The notes under the pieces: generated by a model
The model's input: only the letters and a program-made list of their open reading frames with translations
Told to the model about the DNA's origin: nothing
Database searches by the model: none
Assembly: GCA_900547165.1 (NCBI GenBank)
Contig: URFZ01000004.1
Span: 47,104 to 111,103 of the forward strand
DNA from: an uncultured Eubacteriales bacterium
GTDB taxonomy: Bacteria; Bacillota; Clostridia; Oscillospirales; UBA644
Direction: 5' to 3'
DNA: 64,000 nt
Program-made: the position numbers and the translations under genes
Shown: positions 44,757-53,290 of the stretch, in pieces
How positions within the stretch are numbered: the stretch's first letter is position 1
Layout: every line of letters starts with the position of its first letter

Positions 44757-47027
44757 TTACTTCAAAAATTCATATTCAAACAACGTAGGGACAATTTCGC
44801 TGTTATAATACTCTTTCACTTTTTGTTTTAAAGACTTTAAAGCCCCATTAAGCTCAGGATAATCCGGTTTGTTTTCTCCTGATTCTTCATCTGCGGTAAA
44901 AGTGTTGAGTTCTGCAAAAATCTGATATACACCATAAGTCAATTCTTTATTGTAGTTATTAGTTTTCTTTGCCCACTTAAACACTGTTTCCCATATGCTG
45001 AACAGTTCTTTTTCTTTTAACGTGACATTAAGTTTTTTTAAATCATGGCTTGCCAAAGTTTCTCCGTTTGTTGTGTCAAGGCACAATTCATTCCGGTAAA
45101 ACCGATTATCCGTACCGTGAAAACTTCTCATATGGTTTTGCATTTCAAAACAAGTAAAAACAAGACACTTTAATAAGAACTGACTCAATTTCCCGCTTTT
45201 TACGTCGGCAAAGAATTTATCTGCCCCATCTGCCGATTTCATAATTCTTGCGCGTTCCGTCCATTCTCTGTTATATGTAATATACCTGCTTGCACAGAAC
45301 ATCGGTAACTTTTCAAGATAATTATCTTTGCGAACATAAAACCCATTCCCGTCATATCTTCCAGCAACCGTAAATCCTGAATTTAAGTCCGGATTATCAA
45401 ACCCTGCAGAATTTGCAACTAAAAATCCGATGATATTATCGTCCCATACTTTTTTTACTCTCGCGCTTTCTTTGCTATATTCTGTTCCGTTCAGATTACA
45501 ACAAATCCCGTCTGTCTTATCATTATTATAAGAGGTTTTATCATAGTATTTATCAGCCAAAGTATAATAACATTTTTTAATAGTTAATTTTTCAGGCATC
45601 TCAACCAATTCTCCGCCGACTATATCAAAACCAACCGTATTAAACTTTTCGATATTTTCAGATATGTTTTGCCACGCAACAACTACAATACAAGCATCTA
45701 TCTTTGTATGAAAGTGCTTTCTGTTAAACGCGTAACTTCCGATTATTTTTTTGTTTATTAGATGATGTATTTTCCAATACTTGATCGGCGAATACACTAT
45801 ATAACAATCAGTTTCTTGTCTTAAATAGTATTTAAACCCCGACCAAATAAAAGCATTTCCTAAATCATTTGTACCTGATCCCTTAATCTCTTTCTTCATC
45901 TCTTTTACAACATAGCTGTTTTTCCAACCACTGTTTATTTTTGTTGTACCGTTTGATTCTGCATAAGGCGGATTTTCGAATAAAATTATTGTACAATTGG
46001 GGTCATCGATGTAACTTTTTATAACAGGGTTCTTTACATATTCTTCAGATAACGCGTCAGCGCCTCTGACAAGCCCCATATTAAACGTATCTTCTTTTTC
46101 AATCGGCGGAACAATATATCGAACTTTACTGCCTAACAATTCCAGCAATACTTTGTATTCATAGTATTCAATGGTCGATACAATACAATGGGAAAGTTCT
46201 TCTTCGGTCATTGTTTTTTCAAGGTTACCGGTTCCGGCACAGCGATCCAAGATTATATAATCGTTTCCTTCGGGTACCCTTTTAATAGCTTCCCTTACCA
46301 ATTCAAGAGATTTTTTTACATAGGGCTCCGGTGTATAGAAAGCACCTAAATTCTTTTTTTGAAGCGTGTCGTTCAATTTATCCATTAGATACTGAAAACG
46401 CACATTGTCTTTTCCTTTATAAGGGAAAATATAGTCTCTAAATTTAATAGGTTCTCTGATTTCACCGATAATCTTGACTTTACCGGTGTTATCGCCGATA
46501 AAATCTGATTTTCGAGCCTGTGGGTTTTCGCGGTAATACTTTTCTGCCCAACCCACAATACAGTTTTCATCAATATTAATCTTTGTATAGGATTTCTCTT
46601 TAAGCAACTGAATTAAAGAAAACTCATCCTTCTCGTCTTCGATATATTTTAGTTTTGAGATATAATCGGAAGCGAAAAATCCAACATTCTTTTTTGATGC
46701 ACCGCCGACATAAACCTTTTCAATGTGAGCCAAATAATCTTTTGAATGATATACATAAACAGTACCCGTATTTAAAGAAACCAAAAGAATATTAGCAGGA
46801 ATCGGCTCCCCCTTAACTCTCATAGCAGAAAGATATTTTATCGTTTGCAACAAACAAGCATTGAGATCTGTTATATTCAATTTAAATTCAAGCAAATTCC
46901 CGTTTAAAATACCATCTGTGTTATTACGAAAAATATCATCAAATGTCAATTCAGGATTAACGATTTTTAAATATTGCTCGTAAAATTCAATTTGACCTTC
47001 AAGTTCAACACTGTATTTTTTCAACAT
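44757..47027 (-). CDS. Single-polypeptide restriction-modification-like enzyme: N-terminal PD-(D/E)xK-like motif fused to a gamma-class N6-adenine DNA methyltransferase (Type IIG/IIL-like)
   Basis: MTase motifs GAFYTPEPYV (X), ILDRCAGTGNL (I) and FENPPYAE (IV). N-terminal TDGILNGNLLEFK is D-x8-E-x-K. The start is taken at ATG 47027, which has AGGAGG 7 nt upstream; the track start at 47048 is a GTG. Confidence 0.7.
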   Translation of the reverse strand: MLKKYSVELEGQIEFYEQYLKIVNPELTFDDIFRNNTDGILNGNLLEFKLNITDLNACLLQTIKYLSAMRVKGEPIPANILLVSLNTGTVYVYHSKDYLAHIEKVYVGGASKKNVGFFASDYISKLKYIEDEKDEFSLIQLLKEKSYTKINIDENCIVGWAEKYYRENPQARKSDFIGDNTGKVKIIGEIREPIKFRDYIFPYKGKDNVRFQYLMDKLNDTLQKKNLGAFYTPEPYVKKSLELVREAIKRVPEGNDYIILDRCAGTGNLEKTMTEEELSHCIVSTIEYYEYKVLLELLGSKVRYIVPPIEKEDTFNMGLVRGADALSEEYVKNPVIKSYIDDPNCTIILFENPPYAESNGTTKINSGWKNSYVVKEMKKEIKGSGTNDLGNAFIWSGFKYYLRQETDCYIVYSPIKYWKIHHLINKKIIGSYAFNRKHFHTKIDACIVVVAWQNISENIEKFNTVGFDIVGGELVEMPEKLTIKKCYYTLADKYYDKTSYNNDKTDGICCNLNGTEYSKESARVKKVWDDNIIGFLVANSAGFDNPDLNSGFTVAGRYDGNGFYVRKDNYLEKLPMFCASRYITYNREWTERARIMKSADGADKFFADVKSGKLSQFLLKCLVFTCFEMQNHMRSFHGTDNRFYRNELCLDTTNGETLASHDLKKLNVTLKEKELFSIWETVFKWAKKTNNYNKELTYGVYQIFAELNTFTADEESGENKPDYPELNGALKSLKQKVKEYYNSEIVPTLFEYEFLK

Positions 47028-47085
47028 AAACATACCTCCTGGATTCACTGCTTATAAACTTCTTTACCTCTCACTTTTGCAATGC

Positions 47086-47114
47086 ACAACATAATCGACA
47101 TTATGTTGCAAACA
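47086..47114 (+). repeat. Left inverted repeat of the invertible switch (ACAACATAATCGACATTATGTTGCAAACA)
   Basis: Exact 29-bp reverse complement of 47383-47411. Internally it has ACATAAT / ATTATGT arms around an asymmetric CGAC. Confidence 0.9.
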
Positions 47115-47183
47115 GGCAAAGCGGCGGCGATATATCGGGCTTTGTTGACGGCATAAGCGGAGTAAAAAGAGAATAGAAACGGC

Positions 47184-47209
47184 ATAAAAAAAGCCGCCCG
47201 AGGGCGGCA
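47184..47209 (-). terminator. Rho-independent terminator inside the invertible segment, active on the minus strand in this orientation
   Basis: GCCGCCC-GAG-GGGCGGC (47193-47209), followed on the minus strand by TTTTTTT (plus-strand A-run 47186-47192). Confidence 0.6.
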
Positions 47210-47314
47210 GATAAAAATGCGTATAAGAAAATAAGCCTTTTCCGAAACATCTAAACGAGAGAGGCTTTATTCGTATGTTTTATTTTTTCGAAAACTCAAA
47301 ACTCTTTTATGTAC

Positions 47315-47343
47315 TTGACAAATTGTCACGGATATGTTACAAT
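47315..47343 (+). promoter_or_regulatory. Near-consensus promoter inside the invertible segment, currently facing away from the methyltransferase gene
   Basis: TTGACA (47315-47320), a 17-nt spacer, then TACAAT (47338-47343). Confidence 0.65.
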
Positions 47344-47382
47344 AAAACAAATAAAAATGTTATGTTATAAACAAATTAATTT

Positions 47383-47411
47383 TGTTTGCAACATAATGTC
47401 GATTATGTTGT
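47383..47411 (-). repeat. Right inverted repeat of the invertible switch
   Basis: TGTTTGCAACATAATGTCGATTATGTTGT is the exact reverse complement of 47086-47114. Confidence 0.9.
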
Positions 47412-47447
47412 ATACGTCGCCGAGTGGCGGCGTTTTTTGTTTTTGGG

Positions 47448-48290
47448 CTACAATACTAAATGCATATTTTCCATGCGGCGGCGGTGTTCTTCACCTGTGG
47501 AAATGATATATATGCGGGTGGTGTTGATACTGCTGTGTCCGAGAATATCCGCGAGCTTTGCAATATCCTTTTCAATGCAGTAAAACACTCGGGCGAACAG
47601 GTGGCGCAGATTATGCGGAAAAACTTTTTGCGGGTTGACATTTGCTTCGGCGCATAATGCTTTCATTTCGCGCCAAACGGTCGTTCTGTCCAACGGTTTT
47701 CCTGAACGGGTGATGAAAATCATTCCCGATTTTATTTTTTGCTCTGCTGCGTAGCGGAGCAATTTTTGTTTTAGTTCTTTCACAATAAATACCGACCGTG
47801 TCTTTGCTTTGCAGTTTACAACAGCCTCGCCTTGCTTTACAGCCTCAACGGTTATAAATTGCAGTTCGCTGACGCGGATACCTGTGCCGCAAATTGTTTG
47901 CAAAATTAAGCAAAGGCGTTTGTTGCATTTTTTAGCGGCGGTACGGCAAAGACGTTCGTATTCTGCTCTTGTAAGTTCTTTTTCTTCGGGGCAGAATATT
48001 CTGCGTTGAAGTTTGAGCGATTTTACTTTTAGTTCCGGGTGTTCGACAAATTCAAAAAATGCGTTCAAACCGGCAAGCATGGAATTTACACTGCGAACAG
48101 CATAATGACCGTTAAGAAAATTCTTGTATGACACGACGGTTTCTTTTGTGACAAGTTGTCCTTTTGTATAACGGGCAAATACGGAAACATCACGAACATA
48201 TTTTTCAATGGTAGCTGTACTGCGTTCGCAATAAGTCAGATGTCGGCGAAAGCGCGAAATATTATCCGATTTTATTATAAGTTCTTTCAT
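47448..48290 (-). CDS. Tyrosine site-specific recombinase (XerC/D-phage integrase family)
   Basis: Start moved to the ATG at 48290 (MKELIIKSDNISRFRRHL...). Catalytic-region motifs HNLRHLFA and LGHSSINTTRIY. Confidence 0.85.
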   Translation of the reverse strand: MKELIIKSDNISRFRRHLTYCERSTATIEKYVRDVSVFARYTKGQLVTKETVVSYKNFLNGHYAVRSVNSMLAGLNAFFEFVEHPELKVKSLKLQRRIFCPEEKELTRAEYERLCRTAAKKCNKRLCLILQTICGTGIRVSELQFITVEAVKQGEAVVNCKAKTRSVFIVKELKQKLLRYAAEQKIKSGMIFITRSGKPLDRTTVWREMKALCAEANVNPQKVFPHNLRHLFARVFYCIEKDIAKLADILGHSSINTTRIYIISTGEEHRRRMENMHLVL

Positions 48291-48420
48291 CTTTTGATAC
48301 CTCCGCAGATATTCTACCCTAAAAATCAAAAAAGAACAAACAAAAATGCTAACGGTGCATAAAATGGAATGTGAGGAAGAGAGTTTGCGCATTCGCGCGA
48401 ACTGCCGCACGGCGTAAAGG

Positions 48421-48665
48421 CGAAAAAAAGACAGCGTCTGTTTCGGAATATCCCCTGCTCGAATCTCAAACACTTTCCGCACTTTGCAGACATGACCAAA
48501 ACAATATCAATTTATTTGATTATGTTTTGTTTGACAGATACCCAAATAATCTTCCGCGAAACCGCCCGAGGCGGCGGCGAGGGTGAGTTGAGCGGCGGCG
48601 AGCAAGCGGAGCGCAGGCGCAGCGGCGAGACGGAATGAGCTGAAACAAGTGTGTTCGAGAGAGAA
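48421..48665 (+). repeat. Dispersed noncoding repeat of about 245 bp, copy B
   Basis: Collinear with 22254-22500, with its core at 48578-48632. Lies between the recombinase gene and dpaA. Confidence 0.7.
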
Positions 48666-48773
48666 TAAACCGTATTTCTTGCAATGAGCTTCGCGCGGGG
48701 ATAAAACTATTGCGTTGATAAATTTCGGCGGGCTTTTTCAAGGAGGACAGTCCGAGACGGCGGGAGAAGAAAT

Positions 48774-49664
48774 ATGATAAAAAACATTATATTCATCGGC
48801 GGGGACGGGCGGACGGTCGAAGCTGCGAAAACACTTAAAAAAGCGGGGTTCGGGGTTCGCCTTGTCGGGTTTGAAAAATATGAGAGCGGCGATACGGCTG
48901 ACGCAAAAGTGCGGAAAAGAGACAATCCCGAAGCGGGGACGCAAAGAATTGACGGAACGGAAATCGGGCTGACAGAGGATGCATGCGTAGTGTTGCCTAC
49001 ACCGTGTTCAAAAGACGGTCAGACGCTTTTTGCGCCGTTTGCGCAAGCGCCGCTGTATATCTCGGAAGTTCGGAAAATGCTGCGCGGAGCAGCGATAGTT
49101 GTAGGCGGCGGTGCGAAAAAATACTTTTCGGAAGCGGTCGATCTGCTTGAACGGGAAGACTTCAAGATACTGAACGCAGTTCCGTCGGCAGAGGGCGCGG
49201 CGGCAGTCGCCGTGACAGAGACGGACATAACGCTTTCGGGCGCAAAATGCGTTGTTGTCGGGTTCGGAAAGATTGGCAAACGGCTGTCTGCCCTGCTCCG
49301 CGCATTCGGCGCAGACGTAACGGCAACGGCAAGAAAAGCGGTCGATTTTGCGGAGGCTCGGGCGGCGGGGATACGCATTGTTCAGACAAGAAACGTCGCC
49401 GCGGCTCTTGCGGAAGCGGACATTGTTTTCAACACCGTTCCGTACTCGGTCATCGGCGAAAAAGAGTTGTCGGCGACAAAAGAAACGGCGGTATTTATCG
49501 AACTTGCGTCTGCACCCGGCGGAATTGACAAAGAGGCTTGCGGGCGGCTCGGCAAAAAATATGTCTCCGCTCTCGGTCTTCCGGGACGGTTCAGCCCGAA
49601 AAGCGCGGGGCGGATAACTGCGGAAGCGATAAAGAATATTATCGAAGAAACATACCGGATTTAG
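48774..49664 (+). CDS. dpaA: Dipicolinate synthase subunit A
   Basis: 296 aa. N-terminal IIFIGGDGR.. and a Rossmann-type VVGFGKIGKRLSALLRAFGADV, similar to SpoVFA. Followed by dpaB. Confidence 0.8.
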   Translation: MIKNIIFIGGDGRTVEAAKTLKKAGFGVRLVGFEKYESGDTADAKVRKRDNPEAGTQRIDGTEIGLTEDACVVLPTPCSKDGQTLFAPFAQAPLYISEVRKMLRGAAIVVGGGAKKYFSEAVDLLEREDFKILNAVPSAEGAAAVAVTETDITLSGAKCVVVGFGKIGKRLSALLRAFGADVTATARKAVDFAEARAAGIRIVQTRNVAAALAEADIVFNTVPYSVIGEKELSATKETAVFIELASAPGGIDKEACGRLGKKYVSALGLPGRFSPKSAGRITAEAIKNIIEETYRI

Positions 49665-49719
49665 GTGGAGCATACGCGGCATTTGCCGAGATCCAACGCT
49701 GAATTATACAGATTAAACG

Positions 49720-50313
49720 GTGAAAGATATGGAAATGAAAGATGCTCGTGCGCGGATAGGCTACGCTCTCTGCGGGTCGTTCTGCACACTCAAAAAAATG
49801 ATAGACCAAATGGAAACGCTCGCTTTGGCGGGCTATGACATCGTGCCGATAATGTCGGCAAATACTTATTCGACCGATACACGTTTCGGAACTGCGGAAA
49901 GTTTCCGCGAAAGGGTCGAGAACATCTGCGGCAGACCCGTTCTGCACACGCTTGCGGAGGTTGAGCCGTTCGGCCCGAAAAAGTTGCTTGACCTGCTTAT
50001 TGTCGCGCCTTGCACGGGAAACACCCTCGCAAAAATAGCCAACGGGGTCTCGGACAGCGTAGTGTCACTGGCTGTAAAAGCACACTTGCGCAACGAACGC
50101 CCCGTTTTGATAGCCGTGTCGAGCAACGACGCATTGTCGGGCAATGCGAAAAATCTCGGAGTTTTAATGAACACGCGGCACATCTATTTCGTACCTTTCG
50201 GACAGGACGATGCGATAAAAAAGCCTACATCTCTCGTTGCGAAAACAGAAATGATTCCCGAAGCGGTCGAAGCGACATTAAAAGGCGAACAGATTCAGCC
50301 TTTGCTGATGTAA
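49720..50313 (+). CDS. dpaB: Dipicolinate synthase subunit B (flavoprotein)
   Basis: RIGYALCGSFCT.. and ..LIVAPCTGNTLAKIANG.. are typical of SpoVFB. The exact start among several in-frame Met codons is uncertain. Confidence 0.8.
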   Translation: MKDMEMKDARARIGYALCGSFCTLKKMIDQMETLALAGYDIVPIMSANTYSTDTRFGTAESFRERVENICGRPVLHTLAEVEPFGPKKLLDLLIVAPCTGNTLAKIANGVSDSVVSLAVKAHLRNERPVLIAVSSNDALSGNAKNLGVLMNTRHIYFVPFGQDDAIKKPTSLVAKTEMIPEAVEATLKGEQIQPLLM

Positions 50314-50884
50314 AAAAACTGTCGGCGGCATCGTGCCGCCGATTTTTACATAACTGTTTTTTCAACGAACACCCGCGGGAGTGATTGAATACGCCGCGCG
50401 AAATTTTTGCTTTTAAATACGAAAATGTCTGTTTACTTGTATCGCAAAGGCGTTTATCAGCTCGTTTTTGTCGGAATTTGCAAACAATTTGTAAACTTTT
50501 GTCTTTTTCTGTCACGAAATCCATTTTTCGACCGTATTAATTGGTAAAAGGAGGTAAAATCGAAATTTGCCGAGGTCGAGATGTGCATGGTTTGCGCAAG
50601 CAAACCTGTGCGGGCACATGGCAGATCAATCCAAACGGCAAGAAGAACATGGGCAAGGCGTCCCGTGTTCGAACCGAAAACATATAAAGAAGAAATTACA
50701 TCTATACTTCTTCTTTTTCTTCCGTTTCTTTGTTTATATGTTTTCAAAACGAAAACGCAAAAAGAGATACTCCTTCCTTTTCTTTTTATTTAGCATTACA
50801 TCCTCTTAATGCGTTTTTGTCCAAGAAAAAGTAAAAAGAAGACAACTCCTTTTCTTCTCTTTTAATTCTTCTTTTTACGCTTTT

Positions 50885-50964
50885 CCCTCCCGAATTTAAA
50901 GTTGCAGCGGCTTGGAAGTAGTAAAAACTTGCCCCACCTGTGCTTTTTCGGGAGGCTTTTTTTG
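50885..50964 (+). terminator. Long hairpin with a T-tract inside the gene-poor region
   Basis: CCTCCCGAA (50886-50894) pairs with TTCGGGAGG (50947-50955), with extra inner pairing, then CTTTTTTTTG. Confidence 0.4.
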
Positions 50965-51196
50965 TCATAAGGCAACAATGCAAAGCAAATAACAGGCATT
51001 TGCACGGTTTTCAAAGACTTCGGAGAGACGAAACGAGGCTTCGGCAGAGAGGCCGAACGTTGCCGTATCGTCTGCGCGGGTTCGCCGAGATTTGACGTCT
51101 GATGTTGTGGGTGCGAAAGGTCGAGGTTGATGTATCGTCTGCTTCTGCGCCCGTTCCGACGTTTTTATGTTTCCGCAAATAATGCCGAACGACAAA

Positions 51197-51236
51197 ACGG
51201 CTGATGACGCAAAAATCATCAGCCGTGTTTATTGTT
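51197..51236. terminator. Bidirectional terminator hairpin
   Basis: ACGGCTGATGA (51197-51207) / TCATCAGCCGT (51216-51226). T-rich tracts follow on both strands (GTTTATTGTT on plus, TTTTGTCGTT on minus). Confidence 0.55.
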
Positions 51237-51346
51237 GTATGCGCTTAATTTCTTCAACGCCGTTGCCCGAATACATTATGATCCGGTTTGAATCTTCTCC
51301 TTTTTCTGAACAGCGTATCTTTTTTTTCTTAAAAAGCGGTATATTT

Positions 51347-52192
51347 TTATTTTTCCGCGACTTTGTGCGCATAGTCTCCCAAACCGTGCTCAAAATCAAG
51401 TCCGAAGCGGGTGTCGGTCTGCGCCGCATAAGTGCGCTTTATGCTGCCTACGGTCAGGTCAAGGACTATGTCAACGGCGGTTTTGATGTCTTTTTTGTTC
51501 AGCAACGCCCCGAGAAGTGCCGACGAAAACACGTCCCCTGCACCGTGAAACATACCGTGTACGTTTTCGGAAAAAGAGAACCCGCTCTCCCCTGTTTTTG
51601 TGTCCGAATATGCCGCGCCAAGCGTCCCTTTTTCAAGCGAAACACCCGTTACGATAACGGTTTCCGAACCGAAAGACGCAAGTTTGCGCAGAATTTCTTC
51701 GATATATTCGCGGTCGTAGCCGTCGGGGCGGTATTCGGTGTCCGTAAGCAGGCACGCTTCGGTCAGATTGGGAGTGAGTATCTGCGAGCGGCGGCAAAGC
51801 GTTTTCATTTTTTCGGGGAATGTGGGGAGAAACGACGAGTAAAGCCGCCCGTTGTCACCCATAACCGGGTCGGTGAAGATAAGCGTGTCGCGGTCCGCAA
51901 GCGCGTCGATAATGCCGCATACCATGTCCGCTTGCGCTTCCGAGCCGAGGAAGCCCGTATAGAATGCGTCAACTTTCAGGCCGAGACTTTTCCAATGGTT
52001 GACTATCTTCGGAATTTCGTCGGTCAGGTCAAGGTATGTATAGCCGTCAAAGCCGCCCGTGTGCGTGGACAAAAGCGCGGTGGGAAGCACCGAAACTTCA
52101 ACGCCTGCCGCCGACAGCACGGGCAGGGCGACCGTCAGCGAACATTTGCCGACGCAGGATATGTCATGAATTGCAACAACTCTTTTTTGCAT
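51347..52192 (-). CDS. pdxK: Pyridoxal/pyridoxamine kinase
   Basis: Start moved to the ATG at 52192 (MQKRVVAIHDISCVGKCSLTVALPVLSAAG...). Ribokinase-fold C-terminal GAGDVFSS motif. Confidence 0.8.
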   Translation of the reverse strand: MQKRVVAIHDISCVGKCSLTVALPVLSAAGVEVSVLPTALLSTHTGGFDGYTYLDLTDEIPKIVNHWKSLGLKVDAFYTGFLGSEAQADMVCGIIDALADRDTLIFTDPVMGDNGRLYSSFLPTFPEKMKTLCRRSQILTPNLTEACLLTDTEYRPDGYDREYIEEILRKLASFGSETVIVTGVSLEKGTLGAAYSDTKTGESGFSFSENVHGMFHGAGDVFSSALLGALLNKKDIKTAVDIVLDLTVGSIKRTYAAQTDTRFGLDFEHGLGDYAHKVAEK

Positions 52193-52432
52193 AATAACTC
52201 TCTTTATATTTGGATTTGATTGATATGATTTTTTTTGATATTTTATATTATATATAATATATTTTATCACCTTTGCGGCGGGCTGTCAAGGGACGAAATG
52301 CGGCAAATATTAAAATGGAAAAAACGCTTGAAATCTTTCGAAAAACAGGATTTCGCGCAAAAGCAAAAATCGCGTAAAGATAAAACAGAGAAAGGGAATC
52401 GGCTATCGGACTGAAAACGAGAAATTCAATTG

Positions 52433-52510
52433 TCGTCCTCTCTTTCCTTCCCGATGTCGGAGAGGATTATCTGCCATGAGTCGCGCATAGCTTCGGCGTG
52501 GCGGGCGCGG
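52433..52510 (-). repeat. About 78-bp relic copy of the 3' end of the gene at 54517-55062
   Basis: Hand alignment to 54521-54598 shows about 8 mismatches. Here it is a truncated fragment outside any intact ORF. Confidence 0.75.
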
Positions 52511-52592
52511 GACTTGACAGAAAAGAGGTTTGATGATATAATGTTAATAGGAACTAATCCTAATAATATTTTTCAGAAAGAGGGTAACGAAC

Positions 52593-53138
52593 ATGAACGC
52601 AAAAAACATGTATGCGGGAACACAGACCGAGAAAAACCTTTGGGAAGCGTTTGCCGGAGAATCGCAGGCGAGAAACAAGTACACCTATTTTGCATCCGTC
52701 GCAAAGAAGCAGGGATATGAACAGATCGCCGCCCTGTTTCTGAAAACGGCGGATAATGAAAAGGAGCACGCAAAACTCTGGTTTAAAGAATTGCGCGAAT
52801 TTTCCGATACGGAAAAAAACCTGAAATCCGCCGCGGAGGGCGAAAACCACGAATGGACGGCTATGTACGAAAATTTTGCAGCGACAGCCGAGGAGGAAGG
52901 CTTTTACGAACTTGCGGAACGTTTCCGCTCGGTTGCCGCTGTCGAACAGCTTCACGAGGAGCGTTTCCGTTCGCTTCTCCGCAATATTCACAGAGGAGAA
53001 GTGTTTGCGAAGAACGAAGTCACGGTGTGGGAATGCCGCAATTGCGGGCATGTCATTATAGGAAAAGAGGCGCCCTGTGTATGTCCCACGTGCGACCATC
53101 CGCAGAGTTACTTTGAACTTTACTCGGAAAACCACTGA
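52593..53138 (+). CDS. rbr: Rubrerythrin
   Basis: 181 aa. Ferritin-like N-terminus ([22 protein letters not shown]) and rubredoxin-like C-terminus (CRNCG...CPTC). Confidence 0.9.
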   Translation: MNAKNMYAGTQTEKNLWEAFAGESQARNKYTYFASVAKKQGYEQIAALFLKTADNEKEHAKLWFKELREFSDTEKNLKSAAEGENHEWTAMYENFAATAEEEGFYELAERFRSVAAVEQLHEERFRSLLRNIHRGEVFAKNEVTVWECRNCGHVIIGKEAPCVCPTCDHPQSYFELYSENH

Positions 53139-53290
53139 TACTTTACCGCGCGCCGTCGGCGACAGAGGATGAAAAAGGTCCGGTTCCGCGGGTCCGCGAT
53201 AATATACGCGGGAAATTCCGCGTCGGAAACCGCGTCTGTTCTTTCCGCGGACGAACACCGTTTTGAAATCGCGTAAAGGAGGATACCGAG

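Larger units (their letters stand above)
47115..47382. promoter_or_regulatory. 268-bp putative invertible DNA segment (inverton) carrying a promoter and a one-way terminator
   Basis: Bracketed by perfect 29-bp inverted repeats. A tyrosine recombinase gene ends 37 bp to the right. The promoterless methyltransferase gene starts 58 nt to the left. Confidence 0.7.

Noticed and set aside
42826-47027. BREX, DISARM or RADAR assignment for the KAP NTPase + methyltransferase pair
   Set aside because: The window has none of the hallmark partners: no PglZ/BrxC/BrxL, no DrmA/B/C helicase-DUF set, and no adenosine deaminase. The MTase is much shorter than PglX, from memory.
22254-48665. The two ~245-bp repeats as attL/attR of a 26-kb integrated element ending at the recombinase
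   Set aside because: The copies are diverged over most of their length, unlike the exact short att duplications that integration produces. The interval contains native-looking core genes (nadE, chrA pair) at host-like GC. Only 42.8-48.3 kb looks foreign. The idea is kept only as a repeat-family observation.
50640-50690. tRNA/tmRNA-like GTTCGAA T-loop motif
   Set aside because: No acceptor stem, anticodon arm or CCA-proximal pairing could be drawn around it. It is an isolated heptamer match only.
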